Shown: positions 36,509 through 48,970 of the stretch, piece after piece
Layout of the letters: each line of letters begins with the position of its first letter
How positions within the stretch are numbered: the stretch's first letter is position 1
DNA from: Chiloscyllium plagiosum
Lineage: Eukaryota
DNA length: 51,901 nucleotides
Assembly: GCF_004010195.1 (NCBI RefSeq)
Contig: NC_057749.1
Coordinates: forward strand, 25,912,033 to 25,963,933
Direction: 5' to 3'
Notes under the pieces: model-generated
What the model was told of the DNA's origin: nothing
The model's input: the letters and a program-made list of their open reading frames with translations, nothing else
The model's database searches: none
Program-made: the position numbers and the translations under genes

Positions 36509-39500
36509 CAAGACGAATTTTCACACAAGAATGCCACAGAACATCCAGCAGATCTTGATAGATTTCAGGTAACTGCTTTAAGGAAAGCAGCTTGATTAGT
36601 CTGGAAGAACACCTTTGAAGCTGTAACTCTGTCTGCAGTTTCTTCTCCTCTGAAAGGGTCGTTGGTCTTAGTTCTATTTTGTGCTCCTGGAAAACTTGAT
36701 CAATTGTTGCTCCCTTGAGGCTGGAAAATAATTTCTCCTTCACTAAGTATATTGGAATAAAAATTGTGCCAGCCCTTATTACATGGGGAAATGGGCACGT
36801 TCTGGAATAAATATAGCTTTCCAAGTAGGAAAGTAATTTTTGTAGGGTCTGCTGGACGTGGCCATAGTTGCGCCAAATTTCTTTTGCTTTCGACATCTTC
36901 AATGCTTCAAAGCTTCTTGTACCATTTTTTGACTTTACTGAAGACCTCAATTTTGGAGTTTCCTTCTCTTCAATGTCCCGCAAACATGCACACAAAACCT
37001 CTTCAGAGGTTTCAGCCACAGACTGGGTGATCATGTCACATAGGGACTGATGAAGATGTACAAAATAATTATAAGTGTCATTCTCGTTCTGCATTAACTT
37101 GCCATTACAAGATGAGTCCACTTTGGTTTCACAAGATAGCTTGCAAGGTTCAGGATTAGAATTCATAATTGATTTAACCACATCAGGTAATATTCGCTTC
37201 AGAGGTTTCAGGGGTCTCAAAATTAAGGCAGAGGGATCAACTGATCCAATCAAACTAATTTTTTTAGCTTTAGTAATGTCTTCAGATGGCAGAGTTGAAT
37301 TATTTTCACCAATCTTTGGAGGGACAGGTCTCAGTATTTTATACTTATTCATTTCTATAATAAGGTGGTCACTTACATTGCTGGATTCATTAGAGGGTGC
37401 AACAACTGCCTTCGTTCCATGCTCTTCAGATGGCCATGTGCTTTCACGTTTCTCTTCAGTACTCTGAGATTCTATAGTATTTTCTTTTTCATTTGATATT
37501 TCATTTGTACTTTTCAATTTTTCTCCAGACTCACCAGAAACCAGGGCATGTTGAATAACATTCAAAGGTGGACTTTTTGATTTAGTACTTAGGTCCAAGG
37601 CCATTTCATCTTCCATTTTGTTCATCCCAAGCTTTCTATCACCACTGTGAACCATACACCTTGCACTATTACTACTTTGCTGAGGTAGGCCCTTATCAAG
37701 CCTATTGAATTTAGGAGAAAGATTAATCTCCTGATGCTGAACATCTAAACAGTTCTTCGTGCTTACTGTTTTCCTAAGCTCATCCTCAGATGCACCTTTT
37801 TCATTTGTAGATTCTAAACGCACAGAAGCGTCACCTGTTTTCAGTTCGCCATTCTTGGGTTGCAACTGACTACTGTCTGTTGCCAGTCTTTTAGGGCCAG
37901 GTGTACTGGAATCAAGATCTATGGCACTATCACTTCTGCTGCTTTGAGTTTTATTTTTCAAAGAACATGAACATGATTTATCACAATCTAGTTCGCAGTT
38001 TGGACATTTTGAGAAGAACAGACCAGTGGCTTCCAGGTAGGCTTTGTAGGGTGCCAAACTGAACACATTGTTTATGACTGGCATAGGAGGGGAAGGAGGT
38101 GGGGTTGATCTCTTGCTTTCATTAGAAGCAGGGGAGGAAGCAGGCGAGAAATTAATCACAGATGTTTTTCTGGTTGGACTTACAGTATAGCTTTTTTGTG
38201 GGCTAGCCAATCTGACTTCTACTGGTTTATTATTCAGGATCTCAGGTTCTTTACTGAATATAAACCTACCTTGATCACCTTTAGGGGAAATGTGGATGCC
38301 TGGGCTATGTTCTTGCAGATAAATATCCTTTGGTCTTTGGTCACCTGGGGAGCCAGCAGGTCTCTCAAATGGCACCTTCAAGTGTTTGCCAGATAGCACA
38401 GGGTGGAAGGCACTGTGTTTGCTTATCAACTGCTGCGGACCAGTATATTCCGAATTATAAAGAGTATTTAATGAATTGTAGCATCGTTCATTTGTTTGTG
38501 CAACGATGCGAGGCCTGAAACGCAACAGGTCTGGTGAAAGATGCTTTGCATTAGTTGGATCTTGGAGAGATGAAGCAACTTTGTTTCCAGGAGTACTCTG
38601 TTGCTCAAACTCAGTTGAGTGTGTTGCAGGCTGTGATACAGGATGAATCAAAGGACCAGTCGCAGAGATACTTTTCTGTTGCTCTGGTGGCGGAGGAGGA
38701 TGACGAGCAGCATACCCAAAAGATTCAGATGGTTGTGCATAAGGATTCTCTGAAACAAGCTGGCTTGCATAAGGGGAACTGGGTACAGGCATCCGCCCAC
38801 TTGCCCCTGGCACTGGATAATTTCCCATTTGGGCTTTGTAGCTATGTGGATGTAACAATGAGTAACTACCCACACTTTGCTGGTTTGAAATAGTGTTCAG
38901 AGAGTGCAAAACCTTTGGTTGAATTGGCACTGGATATTTCGGTGGTGATGGCTTATCACGATACAAAGATGGTTGCATCTGTTGCCCTTGAGTCGTCCCA
39001 AATGGATGTAAGGGAGCTTTCTGCAAGTCTTGGATGTTATGTATGGATGTGCCGCTATGACCTGGTACAGTTCCATTAGAGTTTTCATATGAAAGCACAG
39101 GATATCTGGGATCTTGAAGAACACTACTAGTGTAAGTTCCATATCCTCGACATAGGGGTGAACGCACTCCAGGTGATTTCCCAGTTTCTTTGGTGATTCG
39201 GCCCACAGAGCTAATCTGTATATTGCCAGATCCACTATGCAATGAATTATTTTTCGCAAGCGGATTAGCATATTGCTGACTGTGCATCAGTTGACTGTTA
39301 TTCACAATTAAACAACTGGAAGTAACAGGAGGTGGCATCCTCCATTCAGTTTCCTGTCCTCTTCTATAAAAATGATCTGTTGAATTTTCCAAAGAGAAAC
39401 CAGCTCCTGAACAACAGACACTATTCCTATACACTGGTTGTGGGAATGCTACATTTGCAGAGTTACCAACTGTAGATAAAGCAGACGAATGTAAACTGTG

Positions 39501-39986
39501 TTTTCCAGCTGCAGAAGAGCAGAGCACAGCTGGGAGATTTTGGCCTTTTCTCAAATTCTTCTGCCGTTCAACGAAAGTGACCCATTTTGATCGAACATTC
39601 ATTAAATCTTTGACCAAGTCAAGTTTATCATTTGCGTTCACAGATGGCTGAAATGGTCGGGATACAGTTTCATGTTCTGTCTGATATGAGCGATTGTTGA
39701 GACTTGAAACTTGACCTGGTGGTGACTGGGTGTTTGGACCACCCATATGATGCACGCATGGTCGGGCCTGGTTCCAGATACCTTGTGAATCTGTTCCATC
39801 ACGATTTTGAAGATGATATGCTAAATAAGATCCAGTGTACTTGAGGGGATTTTCAGCAGCATAACTAGATAGGGGACTGGGTTTATAAAGTCCTGTTGAT
39901 AACCCATTCTGGTCATTCTCCAATCGTGGCATCTTACTATAAATAAGCGAGTCCATGCAATCAACACTTCTTTTATTGGCCATCAT
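36509..39986 (-). CDS. C15orf39: C15orf39-like (DUF5525 family) protein, first coding exon (3478 nt coding; exon probably starts at 40026)
   Basis: 1163-aa ORF with motifs I recognise from C15orf39 orthologues: PPSPPMPVINNVFSLAPY and CPFPHVIRAGTIFIPIYLVKEKLF...QEHKIELRPTTLSEEK...RLIKLLSLKQLPEIYQDLL. Ends at a consensus donor CTTG|GTGAGT (intron starts 36508, phase 1). Upstream polypyrimidine tract and AG acceptor at 40028-40027. Confidence 0.9.
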
Positions 39987-40531
39987 GATGGTCCAAGACT
40001 TTTAACTCCAGGTAAAGGGAAAGAGCCTTAACCAGAAGAAATAGAATAGAAAGTTAAAATTAAAACAGATTTGTGATGCTTTAAAAATGCATATCAGTGA
40101 AAATAACTGCAGAATGCACACACTAAAATGGAAAGTGGAAGCCTGTACAATTATAGAATTGTTTCAGAGAGATTTTTAATATTATTTCTTAACTTCAATG
40201 GATGTTACTTGATAGACAGCAAAGTGTCAGATGATATAGAAGAATACAAACAAAATAAGAAATCCCAATAATATGAACGAACATGCATTGGTAATTATTC
40301 AGTTATAATAACTACTACGACAGTCATTAGCCTGCTCATTTACTGGAGCAGTACGTGCAAGATGGCCAGTGCGTAACGCAACACAGGGACTACCTATGCA
40401 CCAGTGTTTTGAATAAACCCAAACATGGTCTGCTGGAATCAACATTTGTCTAGAATTCTTAATAGTAACACAAGGGGATTTAGTCACTCAACATAATTCG
40501 TAACATAGTTGGTTGGTAGTACAGAATTCGA

Positions 40532-40820
40532 TCATTGCTGGAAAGAGACATACTGTCAAAGTTTTTGTTTTGTATTCATCAGGACAATTTGTAAGAGTTT
40601 CTGAATTTTAAACCACAGGTTAGCAAATTTAAACAAAGCCTGGCAATTAGCTGTCACTTATTAACTAGCACATTCTCCAAGTCAACACCTCTATCAGAGA
40701 GCATTTGCCAAACAATTAGAACACTCTTCAGTATAAATGTTGGTTTCTCTCTTAACTTGGTGTCAATCAATTGTCATAAGTGCAAAATGAAAAGCTTCAA
40801 AATGTCTTTTCAATAATTCA
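40532..40820. mobile_element. Degenerate Penelope-like inverted element (family D)
   Basis: Minus strand gtc-CTGATGA (40582-40576)...actttgac; opposite arm aagtgcaaaatGAAAagcttcaaaatgtcttttc. Confidence 0.45.
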
Positions 40821-43800
40821 AAACAGTGAATCAAACGACTCAAGTTTTTCTGACTTTTTGTAAACCTTTAAGATAAATAAGATCCAACCCATTCTCTTTC
40901 TAACAATTATTTGTATTTTGCCACTTTTATTGACTTTATTAGAATTATAATGAATGACAGATTTTACAAGAAAATGGCTTCAATTCTCAATAAAGTTTAG
41001 TGAGGACCAGACACAGGTAGTGTGTCTGGTCATAAAAACAAAATACAATTTACCATAACTTAAACCATAAATTAAAATCACAATTACCTGCTCAATTGGT
41101 AACATGTTAATCCTCTAGTGAACAAATTTGCCTTAATTCCATTAAAAAAAATCTGATTACCTGAATCATTTACATGATGAACCTGTCCTTACTGCTTAGT
41201 CGTCAGTCAAAAGCAATTCATTTGTATTTTATAATGAATGGTGCTGGTTTAACTACCAACCTATTACAGTTCTTACCATACTTGCCGACTAGATTTACAT
41301 AAAGTTCTGAAGCACAAATGGTAAAATGCAGAAATTAAACAATCTATTCAAAATTGCAGGCTATGAAATATTCGAACAAATATGCACAACTATTATATGC
41401 CCTTTACTTAATTTCACGTTCTCTCTTATCGCCTTACAATCACCATATTTGCAACATAAAGACACTCATGCTTATATAGCTTTCCTTTTAAGAAAAGATT
41501 TACTTTTAAATCATAAGTTAAAAGTCATCCCCTTTGTAGCTTTTTACATGAACCTATGGGGGAAAATGTGCTTAGCAAGGATTCTCTCTCAAAACTGGAC
41601 TGAATAGTAATCATAAACTCATAACAAATGAAGAAGATACTCAGCAGACCTCCTACCTTCACCAGACTTAACTCCATGATTTTCTTAAGGCTATTCGCCC
41701 AGGTTGATACTTTGTGACTATAAGGCTAAATAAATATTTAAGGGCTAAAGAAATATTTAAGGCCTCTACTATCTCACTGAAGGCACATCCAACAATCGGC
41801 TCTGAAAATTCTGCTTACACCGACAACTACGACAAACTCCACCCACAGCAACTGAGACAAATTGCACATACAGAACACTCTAAAAACAGTCAAATTTTCT
41901 GTATCTCCAAATGCTAGCTTCACAAAAGTGATCAGTTCTTCCATGGATCATATCTCATACACCAAGTTTTGTTAAAATCCACCCAGACGTTTTTAAGGTA
42001 TGTTGTTCACAGGCAGTAATGAAAACATTCTCTCTCCCATTGAAGTTATTCATTAGCATTGCAGAGATGTGTGCCTACTGGGCAATTGACATTCCATTTA
42101 AAAAATAAAGAACTGAGTCTAAGCATTGAACAAACTGTTCTACAGCATTTCTATAAAATGCCAAAGACCTATCAACAGCGGGATCTCAATATAAGACTCT
42201 TTGAATTTGGATCTTTGAATCCAATAAAGACCCATTTGAATTGGAAATATTAACAACAAAAATGCAGAGTACTTGCAAAATATAGTGCAAGCACTTTGTA
42301 GTATGCGCAGTCAAGGCTAGATTGAGTGTATAATTGTGAATCTATACTCAATGGTGTTGTTACATGAAATGTCAAAAGCTTCACATTAAGTTCGCATCTA
42401 CAAGTCTTAAGTATTACAAGAATCAAAAACATTTTGATGTGGTCATGGAAACCTATTAGAATCTAAGCTAACTGGCTTGATTACAAAACTGTTATGTATC
42501 TCTACGCTGTAAGACTATTTGAGATCATTCTCTCAAATAAATGAACGATCTTCAGTCGTGTTACTTTTTTCTGCTTCATTTGAACACAGATTGCTGAAAG
42601 GAAACATTTTTTGTAATCGCACAAGACAGTGGAGTAAAGATAAAATGCTATAAAATTAATAAAAATAATCTAATAAAAAATACAATCTCAAACTGAACCA
42701 AAACATTTCACAACCTGTTTATAAAAAGGTTTACATTCCATGATGCAGTTTTCTCAAATAACCACTAAGTGGCACACAAATCCTAAGCTAAACCTTTCAC
42801 TGCAGAACAGATTGATAAAGGCACGTTCACCAAATGCACTTTGCTGTCCAGGAGGTCGGACTGTGAACTTACTGTGTGTCCTCTGGAAATGACATGATTT
42901 TTCAGAACTTCAGTTGAAGCATAGATGACCTATACATTTAGCAACTTTTAGCATTATATTATAGTGCTTAATATTACTAAATATTATAGTGCTTAATCAC
43001 AGAAGAAAAAATATAGACTTAACATATTACATACAAGAGTTTTGAGCATGGGGTCTTCCAATACTCAATGTATTCTCAGCCAAGTTTATAAATGAACAAA
43101 TCAATCTTCATTTATAAAAATGCTCCAGTATACGGCATGCAGCTCAAGACCACAATAAAAATATAAGCTATTTTGATGTTAATGTTTATAGTTATTTAAC
43201 AAATATTTTCGTGCACTTGGTTGTCCAGTTTATTACAAACATTACAAAATGCAGCAAAATTTAAACTTTAGATTAACCTTCTATTGGTTTATAAACAATA
43301 ATCATAAGATCACAAATAGCAAAATTACATACCATTATAGACCTTTACTAATATAATCCATTAGCTCCACAAATAATAATACATGCACAAGTAAGTCAGC
43401 TCATCAGAAACTTCAGGGAATTCAATCTACGACCTGTGCTAAAGCAGAAGCAATAGCAACTGAAAAGTCTTTAGATGCTGCATGCTGCCTATTTGGCAAA
43501 GGAAACAGACTCGTGACAATCACTGCAGGATCAGCCAATAACTAGCTGCCAAGTACGCTTTTTGAAGAGCAGCTATCAGCGCAGCTTGTAAATATTTATT
43601 ATCCACCATTCACTATTAATCTAACTCTAGAGATTTAATCATATATCAAGCAGGTTTAAAAAATGTAAGATAAGTGAATGTATATCTTGACACAAATCAC
43701 AAAGGTTGCCTTGACTACAGAAGTTATGAACAATGAACCAGAACATTATTAAAGGTTACGATTTCTTTCTCTATACTTTTATTTTCAGCCAAATTATAAT

Positions 43801-45069
43801 TTCTTTCTTCCTCCAAAAGTGTACTGTAAAACTGAAACTATTATCACTTTCAATATTCAACAGCAAGAGCCTGAACTCAGAGCTTAGAAATGGAACATTT
43901 GATAAACAATGATTTTTAAACATTTAACAAAGCCATTAGAGAGGTCTCATCTCTTAAAAAGAAACCAAAAGGTTCACCTTTTTAAAAGGTTATACAAAAT
44001 ATAAAGCTTTCTCATTCAATTTTAAAAAGTGATGCCATTGCTGAAGTTCTTTGGAAGGAAAGTAATTCTGCAATGGCAAAATACAATGGTTTGCATTGAT
44101 GCCAATAATGGAACCAGATTGTTTTGAATAAAGAAAAAATGCATCACATTTATAATTAATTTAACATAAATGTGTTTAATTTGGATTGAAAACAAAAAGT
44201 GAATGCCAAGATACCCCAATCTGGCACACCGACTGATTGTTCCTTGATTTAGTTCCAAATCAATGATGTCAGTACCATGACAAAAGCACTAAAAAGTGTC
44301 AGACTTATTAACATAATCCCTCCCTTCACATCTATCCATTCAAAATAGGGTGCAAAACCAAAAAGCCAACTGGAGAAAAGGGACTGGGACAAAAAAGGGC
44401 ATTTAATGGTCTCCAGTTAAAACATTCTCATACGCACTTAAAGACCTCGTAAGCCCTTATCTTAACATCCTTTTTCCAAACAAGCATGTGTCACAGTAAT
44501 TTAACAACTTTGGACTAAAAAGTTGTTTCTGGGCTTTTAATTTTTTGCACATTGGTCAGAGCAAATGTTATAAATTACAAACTTAACTGTTCCTGATATT
44601 AATGATTTCCAAATGCAACCATAAACTAGCATTTGAAATACAACTCAATTTCAACAAGACGCAAAATATCTAGGGAAATTAACTACTAGTTATCAATCCT
44701 TTGCCACTTGAAATGTCCCTAACAAATATTTCACTATAGCATTTTGCTGTTAACTCAAAGCTTTTACTTAATACACATTAAACACACACCCCAAGTCAAA
44801 GTCCCAACAGGTGATAGTTGTACAGTCTTGGAAGTAAACAATTTCACATAGATAACATTTCTCCAGTTGACGAAATCTTACAGAATTAAAAGCTTTTTGA
44901 ATGTGATGATCCAGCTATTCTGTTTTATTTCTGAACAAAGTCAATATGGAATGATTAGCCTCTCAAATCTGAATACATATTGTGACCCCATAACTGCTGA
45001 TACTCAATTTATACAGAAGAGCTTAACATCCAGTTGGGAAAGGTACGAGAACACTACCAAGTTCCTCAA

Positions 45070-45283
45070 GATTTGGAGATGCCGGTGTTGGACTGGGGTG
45101 TACAAAGTTAATAATCACACAACACCAGATTATAGTCCAACAGGTTTAATTGGAAGCACACTAGCTTTCGGAGCGACACTCCTTCATCAGGTGATCCCCT
45201 GATGAAGGAGCATCGCTCTGAAAACTAGTGTGCTTCCAATTAAACCTGTTGGACTATAACCTGGTGTTGTGTGATTTTTAACT
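45070..45283. mobile_element. Penelope-like inverted dimer (family B): 86-bp arms, 11-bp TSD, two hammerhead cores
   Basis: Arms 45106-45191 and 45198-45283 are reverse complements with about 6 mismatches; TSD aagttcctcaa at 45059-45069 and 45284-45294. Confidence 0.85.
45159..45193 (-). ncRNA. Minimal type I hammerhead ribozyme motif
   Basis: CAC-CUGAUGA-A-GGAGU-GUC-GCUCC-GAA-AGCU-A/GUG: full catalytic consensus, stem I CAC/GUG, 5-bp stem II, palindromic AGCU stem III; predicted cleavage between 45162 and 45161. Confidence 0.65.
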
Positions 45284-48200
45284 AAGTTCCTCAAAGCCAT
45301 ATTTAAACATAAAAATAGCTAGCCCTGTTTCTATTCTTCCTCTCAATTATCTTAAGTCTCCTCCAGTCCTGATGTACTGGCTACTCCAACTTATTTGTCA
45401 TGACATACCAGCATTAATGTCTAGTTTCCTGCATCACCTCCACCTCTACCCCTTCCATAATGTCCTGGCCTTGCTCTCCTTGATGTTAATTGCTTGTATT
45501 TCACGGTCTGCTGCTTCATCCTACTTGTAAGTTTTTTCTCTGGCCTTCACAACACCACTTTCTGTAGTTTAATGGCTATATGATAAAATGGAGCATCCTG
45601 AGAAAGTCTTTTGCAAACTGCCAGATTAACAAATTACTTTGGCCACCTTCCCTCATCAAGCTGCAAATTCCACACACCTTGCCCAAGGTGCAACTAACAA
45701 ATATTTAGATAAATCAAAACCAAAAGTGCCTAAAGCTCCATCCATCCCCAGGGCAACATATTGTGCAAGGGAAATAACCTACAGATCTGCTTGAGGATAT
45801 GTATTCTTCATCTAAAATTCTTCACATTTTCTAATTAAAGAAAACAGCCATGACACCACTTCAGGTATATTAAATGTCTTAAAATTAATTTGGTCCCCAC
45901 TCACGAAATAAATCTCTCCATACTGGCACTGTTGAAACAACTGAAGATGTCACATCTCAATTTCTTTTTAAATTAAATAAGCCTACCTGCTGTTTATGAT
46001 CTTACCTGTTAACCACTTAAATCAACATGACCCCAATTTTCTTTTAATAGCATTCACTCAAGACTGCTTTTATTTACTAACCAGATGTCCCCAAATTAAA
46101 AAATGAACATAACAAGGGATAATATAAACGAAGAATTAATAAAACCAGAAAACTGCTAGAAAGAACTGCAAAGAGATTTGGATAAAACAGATGATGGTTG
46201 AATGGCACAAGGGAAAAGTATATGCAGGTGAATCCCAAATAGATGTGGAAAAGTGTAAATAGATTACAATGTGCATGGCGATAAGCAAGCATGAAAATTG
46301 GAGAAACACAGATAGCAATATGATTTTTAATGGTTACCACACTATAGATCTATACCACCCTATCTGCTTCCTTCTCCTGACAATGCAGAAGCTACAATGG
46401 CAGCACAGTGAAAGAGAAAATTAAAATTATAGTTTTGTATTTTCTTCTACGAGGTTCCTGAAGTGTCATAGCTTTACTAGGTTTGTCATTTTATTTGTTC
46501 TGACTGACCCATAATCTTCCAGCAATTTCTTTTGTTTCAGATTTATCATAAACCACAATATTTCATCCCTCCCACCTTTTAAAAACAAACTATTTTATAA
46601 TACCTTTGCATTTAATGGTCTAATAGTGATTTGCCCAAGTACATAGATGTTCACCACAATCCACAGGTTGTGCCTTTGTTTTGCCCTTTTTGAAAATGTA
46701 CTACCGGCCAACATTCAATTTATTCACAGCAAGTGTGCAAATATAGGTGAATTTTGACAAAGTACAGCCCTGTGCTGTACTTTTCTGCTTACATATAATT
46801 TGTGAATAAAGCATGTTTATGAAATAAAATAGTGAAGCACAATAAATACCAAAGACAAATGAAAACATCCATAACAGATTTAGATTGTTCATGACTAAAA
46901 AATGCTTTTAGATTAATTGACAAATTGATTAATCCAACAAACAATTCTGACCCATCACTGCTCTGTTTAAAATTTGAAATCAAAGATTTCCAAATGTTGC
47001 AGGTGACCCAATTTCTTCTGGTTTTAACCAACAAGTTAACAGGGAATTCAATTTGCAGGTCAGAGATATGCATACAATGTGGTTAGTTATATTCCTACTC
47101 ACTGCTGGCACAATTCCAGATTAAGCATGCCTTTCAAATTTAGGTTAAAAAAATCCAAGATGCTAAAAAGACTCAAAAGCCTGATCTGCTTTTCCTAAAA
47201 TAAAAGGAGATCCCAAGTATTATATCCTCCAAATATTGAGTTTCATCCAGATTATAGAGAAAAAGGAGAGAAAATACAATATTACTTCTAATAGAGAATT
47301 CCTTTTTAAAATTCAATTATTGTTAGTAAAGTTTAGATAGGATACCCAATTATTAAAAATATTGACCATGATCCTAAAGTGAAGACTGTAAAATTAATGA
47401 GAATGCTCTCTCTCAATTAAGGAGGTTATCATTTCCTTACATCAATATCCATACCTTCAGCACAAACACTCAAGCAAACCCAACAAATTCAACTGGTCAC
47501 TTATGTTGTTCTTTGAGGCTAATTAGCTAATTTCTTACATAAAGGGGTGGTTTCCTAATTGTTATCAACTTCCACCCCTTTACGTTCCAAATCCAGTTTT
47601 GCTTCCTTAATGAGAAATTAAGTTGAATGTTCTAGGGAAGTTTACATAATTGTTAATGAAACGGTCTGGCCTTTAATTCTACTACAGCTATGGTAGTCAA
47701 TTTCTCTTTAATTGTGAATATGATTTTAAGATTATGGTGATTTCTTGCATTAGGCTAGGTAATAAAGATCTCTCTTATCAATCATTTTATTGCTGTAAAG
47801 ATTCAAAGTGCCTACATGCAGTTCTGTGATCTCTGTTACTTTTTTAAAAATCATTTCGAATATTTAACCTTTAATTTATTGGAAATAACTCAACCTTATA
47901 ATCCCCTACTATATGCATATTTCTTTAATTCACAACAGTGGGTATGTAACTTCTCACAATGGAACAAAATTGTTGAAGGATCAAACAACAGTCCACTAAA
48001 TAAATTGTGGAGTCTCACTCAAGATCAAGTTGCTATTCAAAATTGAAAGGTTCAGTTTAAAACTTCAGTATACAAAGCCATGATCAATTTGAAAAGCAAT
48101 GTTCAGAAGACAGGAGTTCCATTACATCAGCAGCAAAGATCCCAATCTTTTAGTGCAGAATCACACTCTGAAGTTAATGATGTTACGAAAATTGTAATTT

Positions 48201-48664
48201 GTTTTCATGTGTAGAGGACAAGTCAGCATCCAGGAGAGTAGGACTTACCTCAAACTGTACTCTAAAAGAGAAAAAGCAAGCTTCTCTTCCCATCCTGCAA
48301 CCGAAGTGAACTTCTTCTGCTGTTTCTCGTCTCTATAGTGAGATCATCTGAAGATGCCAGATTCTATATGTAGGTTTATGAGATCCAACAACCTCATGAA
48401 TCCCTCCATGAATAAGTTGCAATTTCTTACACAGTAAACATCTAAGATCCATAAAAATGCAAACTCTGAATCAGTGGCAAAGGAACAATCTCCCTCCCCT
48501 GACCTTCAGTGCACACTAAACAAAACTGTTTTCAATCTTAGGGTGCTGACTAACCCTTAGCTGAGCTTTCAATTCTATAATCGTTCTAAAGACTCCGTCA
48601 TTCAGCACCACTCCTGTCTCAATTCATTTGTTGCTTATGCATATTTTCTGTTACCCCTACAACT

Positions 48665-48970
48665 GGCGCTCAGTGGTTAGCAATGCGGTCTCACAGCGTC
48701 AGGGTGCCAGGTTCGATTCCAGCCTCGGGCGACTGTCTGTATAGAGTTTCAACATTCTCTCCCTGTGTGCGCGTGGGTTTCGTCCGGGTGCTCCCGTTTC
48801 CTTCCACAGTCCAAAGATGTGCAAGTCAGGTGTCTTGGCCGTGCTACATTGCCCATAGTGTCAGGTGCATTAGTGGGAGGGAAATGGGTCTGGGTGAGTT
48901 ACTCTTCGGAGGATCGGTGTGGACTGGTTGGGCCGAAAGGCCTGTTTCCACACTGTAGGGAATCAATCTT
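48665..48970 (+). mobile_element. HE1-type SINE
   Basis: gctcagtggttagc...ggttcgattcc...ccacactgtagggaatcaatct. Confidence 0.85.

Noticed and set aside
36764..39271. Overlapping antisense and alternate-frame ORFs within the large exon
   Set aside because: These are shadow ORFs with no recognisable motifs.
42956..42997. 17-bp direct repeat atattatagtgcttaat
   Set aside because: A simple local slippage duplication in AT-rich DNA with no sign of function.
46381..46560. Additional Penelope-like copy
   Set aside because: Only the tail (ttccagcaatttc...tttcagattt) is recognisable and no hammerhead core can be supported.
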